The notes under the pieces were generated by a model that ran no database searches, was not told where the DNA came from, and was given only the letters and a program-made list of their open reading frames with translations. Source: Vicinamibacteria bacterium (GTDB taxonomy: Bacteria; Acidobacteriota; Vicinamibacteria; Marinacidobacterales; Marinacidobacteraceae). Taken from it: a DNA stretch of 64,000 nucleotides. The DNA lies in NCBI GenBank assembly GCA_965232015.1, contig OZ246946.1, positions 3,564,630 to 3,628,629 on the forward strand, in the 5' to 3' direction. A program made the position numbers and the translations under genes. This document shows, one piece after another, positions 60,540-64,000 of this stretch (position 1 is its first letter; the number at the start of each line of letters is the position of its first letter).

Positions 60540-60712
60540 CTCCACCAGTTCTCCCGGTGGGGGGCCGGCATTCCCAAGGCCACGCTGCCGGACCCCGCCC
60601 CGCCCCCGGCCCGCCCCCACCGGGAGAACTGGCCGGAAGAACTGGCCGGGAGAACCGGGTCAGCCGGCCGCCTCACCACTCCCGGTGCTCGCGCGACTTC
60701 CTCCACCGGCTG
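60540..60712 (-). mobile_element. Partial inverted copy of the 32681-32921 MITE
   Basis: Reverse complement CAGCCGGTGGAGGAAGTCGCGCGAGCACCGGGAGTGGTGAGGCGGCCGGCTGACCCGGTTCTCCCGG resembles 32681-32746. Confidence 0.7.
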
Positions 60713-60816
60713 AGCTCGCCCGCTCGTTACCGGCGTTCACGCTCGGACTCGCTTCCCCGGGCCGCTCGATCCTGCGGCACGGCGGCCAGGCCTCGGCGAG
60801 GTAAATTTGCAAGGCT

Positions 60817-63048
60817 ATGCCTCGCCTCGTCCTTCTCCCAGCGCTTCTGGGCGGCCTGACGGTCGCCTCCCCGCTCCTCGCGGACGACGAAACCGCGAAC
60901 GCCACGCGGATCGGCCGTGCAGCGCCGGCGATCGAGGCGCCGGCGATCGACGGGCGGCTGGATGAGGACGTTTGGGCGGCGGCCGAACCCATCACCGACT
61001 TCATTCAGGCGAATCCGTTCGAGGGGGAGCCCTCCACCGAGCGCACCGAGGTCCGCATCCTGTTCGACGACGACGCGGTTTACATCGGCGCGATGCTCTA
61101 CGACTCCGATCCGTCGGGGATCATCGCCACCGACGCCCGCCGCGACTCGGGGCTGGACGACTCCGACTCGTTCCGCGTCATCTTCGACACGTATCACGAT
61201 CTCCAGAACGGGTTCGTGTTCGGGACGACGCCGTCGGGCCTCGAATACGACGGGCAGGTGAGCAACGCTGGCGGCGGAGGCGGCTTTGGCGGGGGCGGCC
61301 CCCAGATGCGTCGGGCCGGGACCGGCTCCGGGGGCGGATTCAACCTGAACTGGGATGCGAGCTGGACGGTGGCGACTCACGTCGGGGACGAGGGCTGGTC
61401 GGCGGAGTTCGCGATTCCGCTGCGGACGCTCCGCTATGACAACAGCCCGCAGACATGGGGGCTGAACTTCCAGCGCAACATCCGCCGGAAGCGCGAGGAG
61501 ACCTACTGGTCTCCCATCCAGCGGATCTACAACCTCTACCGGCTCTCCTCCGCCGGGGAACTCCACGGCCTGGAGCTGCGGACACCGAGGAACGTCCAGA
61601 TCACGCCCTACGCGCTCGGCGCCGGGGGCCGGGACTTCTCGCTGGAAACCGAGGTCCAGACCCAGTACGACTTTGGCGCCGACGCCAAGGTCGGGATCAC
61701 GCCCAGCCTGAACATGGACCTGACCTGGAACACCGACTTCGCCCAGGTCGAGGTGGACGACCAGCAGATCAACCTGACCCGGTTCAACCTGTTCTTTCCC
61801 GAGAAGCGGCCGTTCTTCCTCGAAAACGCCGGGAACTTCTCGATGGGGGCCCCCGGCTCGGTGGATCTGTTCTTCAGTCGCAGGATCGGCATCGGTCCGG
61901 GCGGGGCGCGCGTTCCCATCCTCGGTGGCGCCCGGCTCTCGGGCAAGGCTGGCGACTACAACCTGGGTTTCCTCAACATGCAGACCGAGGAGGTCGCCGG
62001 AGTCGTTGCCGCGAACAACTTCACCGTCGCCAGCCTGAGCCGCGAGTTCGGCCAGCGATCCTCGATCGGCGCCATGGTCGTGAACAAGATGGGTACCGGG
62101 GACGCCTCGCTCGATGACGACTGGAACCGGACCTGGGGCGTGGACGGCCAGCTCGGGATCGGTGAGGCGTTCACCTTCAGCGGGTTCGCGGCGCGGACCC
62201 AGACTCCGGGCTTCGAGGACCTCGGTGGCGAGTATGCCTACCGGGGCCGCGGCGAGTACTTCAGCAACCGGCTCCGCCTCTGGCTCGGGATGACCGAGGT
62301 GCAGGAGAACTTCAACCCGGAGGCCGGGTTCCTCCGGCGCAGCGCCTACCGGAACCTCGACTACGGCTACTTCAGCTACCACCGCCCGAGCTGGGCGCCC
62401 ATCCTCCGCGAGTTGCGGCCGCACATCACCTACAGCGGCTTCCGGACGCTCGATGGGTTCCTCGAGACCTCCCGACTCCATGTGGACTCGCACGTGGACT
62501 TCGAAAACGGCTGGTACCTCAGCCCGGCGATGAACCGGATCGTGGAAGGCCTCCAGGAGCCTTTCGAGATTCGCGAAGGCATCGTGGTCCCGGCCGGGAC
62601 CTACGAGCACTGGCAGCTCGGATGGCGCTGGAACACGAACCGGGCCGACGCGCTCTCCTACAGCGGCGGGCTCGACTATGGCGGCTTCCTCTCCGGTGAG
62701 CAGCGGACGGTGGACACCACCGTGAACCTCCGTTGGGGGACTCGCCTGGTGACTGCGATCTCGTGGCTCTACAACGACATCCAGCTCGTCGAGGGGAACT
62801 TCGTCGCCAACCTGGGTCAGTTCCGCGCCTCGCTCAACTTCACCCCCCTGATCTACCTCCAGACGCTCTTCCAGTACAACGATGACGCCGATGTCTGGTC
62901 CTCGAATGTCCGGTTCAACTGGCTGAGCACCGCCGGGACCGGCCTGTTCATCGTGTACAACGACACCGAGGGTCTCGGGAACACCCTCATCGGCCCGCAG
63001 AACCGCAGTCTCACCGTCAAGTACACCCGCCAGTTCGACCTGAACTAG
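60817..63048 (+). CDS. CBM9-like + DUF5916-like outer-membrane/exported protein
   Basis: Signal peptide; IDGRLDE..W, GWSAEFAIP, NTDFAQVEVD, FPEKRPFFLE, FFSRRIG. Confidence 0.82.
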   Translation: MPRLVLLPALLGGLTVASPLLADDETANATRIGRAAPAIEAPAIDGRLDEDVWAAAEPITDFIQANPFEGEPSTERTEVRILFDDDAVYIGAMLYDSDPSGIIATDARRDSGLDDSDSFRVIFDTYHDLQNGFVFGTTPSGLEYDGQVSNAGGGGGFGGGGPQMRRAGTGSGGGFNLNWDASWTVATHVGDEGWSAEFAIPLRTLRYDNSPQTWGLNFQRNIRRKREETYWSPIQRIYNLYRLSSAGELHGLELRTPRNVQITPYALGAGGRDFSLETEVQTQYDFGADAKVGITPSLNMDLTWNTDFAQVEVDDQQINLTRFNLFFPEKRPFFLENAGNFSMGAPGSVDLFFSRRIGIGPGGARVPILGGARLSGKAGDYNLGFLNMQTEEVAGVVAANNFTVASLSREFGQRSSIGAMVVNKMGTGDASLDDDWNRTWGVDGQLGIGEAFTFSGFAARTQTPGFEDLGGEYAYRGRGEYFSNRLRLWLGMTEVQENFNPEAGFLRRSAYRNLDYGYFSYHRPSWAPILRELRPHITYSGFRTLDGFLETSRLHVDSHVDFENGWYLSPAMNRIVEGLQEPFEIREGIVVPAGTYEHWQLGWRWNTNRADALSYSGGLDYGGFLSGEQRTVDTTVNLRWGTRLVTAISWLYNDIQLVEGNFVANLGQFRASLNFTPLIYLQTLFQYNDDADVWSSNVRFNWLSTAGTGLFIVYNDTEGLGNTLIGPQNRSLTVKYTRQFDLN

Positions 63049-63121
63049 GAGCCGAAGTCAGCTTGTCGGCTCCCGCTCCGGGAGGCGTCTCCCGTCCCGG
63101 AGCCCGGAGGCGTCTCTGCTG

Positions 63122-63904
63122 ATGGGCTTCCTGGTCGCCGCGCTCTCCGGCCTCTACACGTCCCTGTGGGGGGCGTTCAAGGACTCTCCGTGGGAGGGGT
63201 TCAAGCCGCGGACCTTCCCGCGGAGCATCCTGTTCTCTCTTGTCATCTTCGGCGGACTGCTCGCGGTTCCGACGCTCCGGGAGCGGATCGGTGGGCTCGG
63301 GCTGGCGCAGCTCTTCTTCCTGGTGATGGGGCTCGAGCGATTCCTCACCGAGCTCTACAAGGGCTGCTTCCGGACCGAGCCGCAGGACAAGTACTTCGTG
63401 CCGTCGCAGCTCGCGATCCTGGGGCGGCCGGTCCGGAGCCGGGCGCTCCGGATGGCGGCCGGAGTGGTGCTGGTTTCCGCGGTTCTCGCCGTTCTCCTCC
63501 TGGGCCGGCCGGTGGAGGGATTCTGGGGCTATCTCCTCGTCGCCTATGGGACCGGGCTGCTCGTTTCGGGAGGCGGGGCGTGGAAGGACGCGCCGTTCGA
63601 GGGCTTCCTGTTCCTCAAATTCCTCCGCTCGGGACTGGCGTTGGCCGTCGTCTCTCCGATCTTCTACTGGCTGCGCGATCCGGCCGATCCGATCGCCCTC
63701 GGGCTCCTGATCTACATGAACGGCGGGCTCGAGCGCTTCCTGGTGGAGTACTACAAGACCTACATCCAGCGGAACATGTCGGGAAAGTTCCGTCCCGATC
63801 TCCCGCGCGTCGAGACCCGGCGCCGCGAAGAGCTGCACGTCCTGGCCTGGGTTCTCATCGTCGCGGTGGCGGTCGTGATCGTCGTCGAGTCGGGCTCGGG
63901 ATAG
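63122..63904 (+). CDS. Hypothetical membrane protein with internal duplication
   Basis: GAFKDSPWEGF / GAWKDAPFEGF and GLERFLTELYK / GLERFLVEYYK. Confidence 0.75.
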   Translation: MGFLVAALSGLYTSLWGAFKDSPWEGFKPRTFPRSILFSLVIFGGLLAVPTLRERIGGLGLAQLFFLVMGLERFLTELYKGCFRTEPQDKYFVPSQLAILGRPVRSRALRMAAGVVLVSAVLAVLLLGRPVEGFWGYLLVAYGTGLLVSGGGAWKDAPFEGFLFLKFLRSGLALAVVSPIFYWLRDPADPIALGLLIYMNGGLERFLVEYYKTYIQRNMSGKFRPDLPRVETRRREELHVLAWVLIVAVAVVIVVESGSG

Positions 63905-63927
63905 GCGCGCCGCTCCATCGGCACCCC

Positions 63928-64000
63928 ATGGCCCACGACGCTGTCGTCATCGGCTCGGGTCTCGGTGGCGCCATGGCGGCGCGCCGGTTTCTGGAGGCCG
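63928..64000 (+). CDS. FAD-dependent oxidoreductase, N-terminal fragment (cut by window edge)
   Basis: MAHDAVVIGSGLGGAMAARRFLEA, GxGxxG. Confidence 0.65.
   Translation, partial: MAHDAVVIGSGLGGAMAARRFLEA

Overview
High-GC bacterial window, probably Acidobacteriota-like (inferred from the GWxTD protein, PilM style and gene content). 1-7.6 kb is the distal spc/alpha ribosomal protein cluster (rplR to rplQ), followed by a convergent EF-G paralogue. The rest is a mosaic of housekeeping and accessory genes. Accessory elements: an MmeI-like type IIL restriction-modification fusion between REP-like hairpin doublets; a decayed integrative element with 28-bp direct repeats, an integrase remnant and an MpaB/DUF2236-like oxygenase split by an IS1380; an orphan N6-methyltransferase; and a circularly permuted ATP-grasp/alpha-E/transglutaminase operon with an anti-sigma/STAS pair. 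The main feature is a 14-kb type-3 BREX-like defence island (brxF-brxC-[AlbA/Schlafen ATPase]-pglXI-pglZ-brxA). It has no brxHII helicase, its methylase is split by an IS1182 at a CTAG site and carries a low-GC specificity block, and the inserted ATPase gene contains an in-frame array of palindromic DNA repeats. A covarying REP-like family and a MITE family are scattered through the window. No tRNA, rRNA or CRISPR array was recognised. All calls come from reading motifs by eye; no database searches were run.
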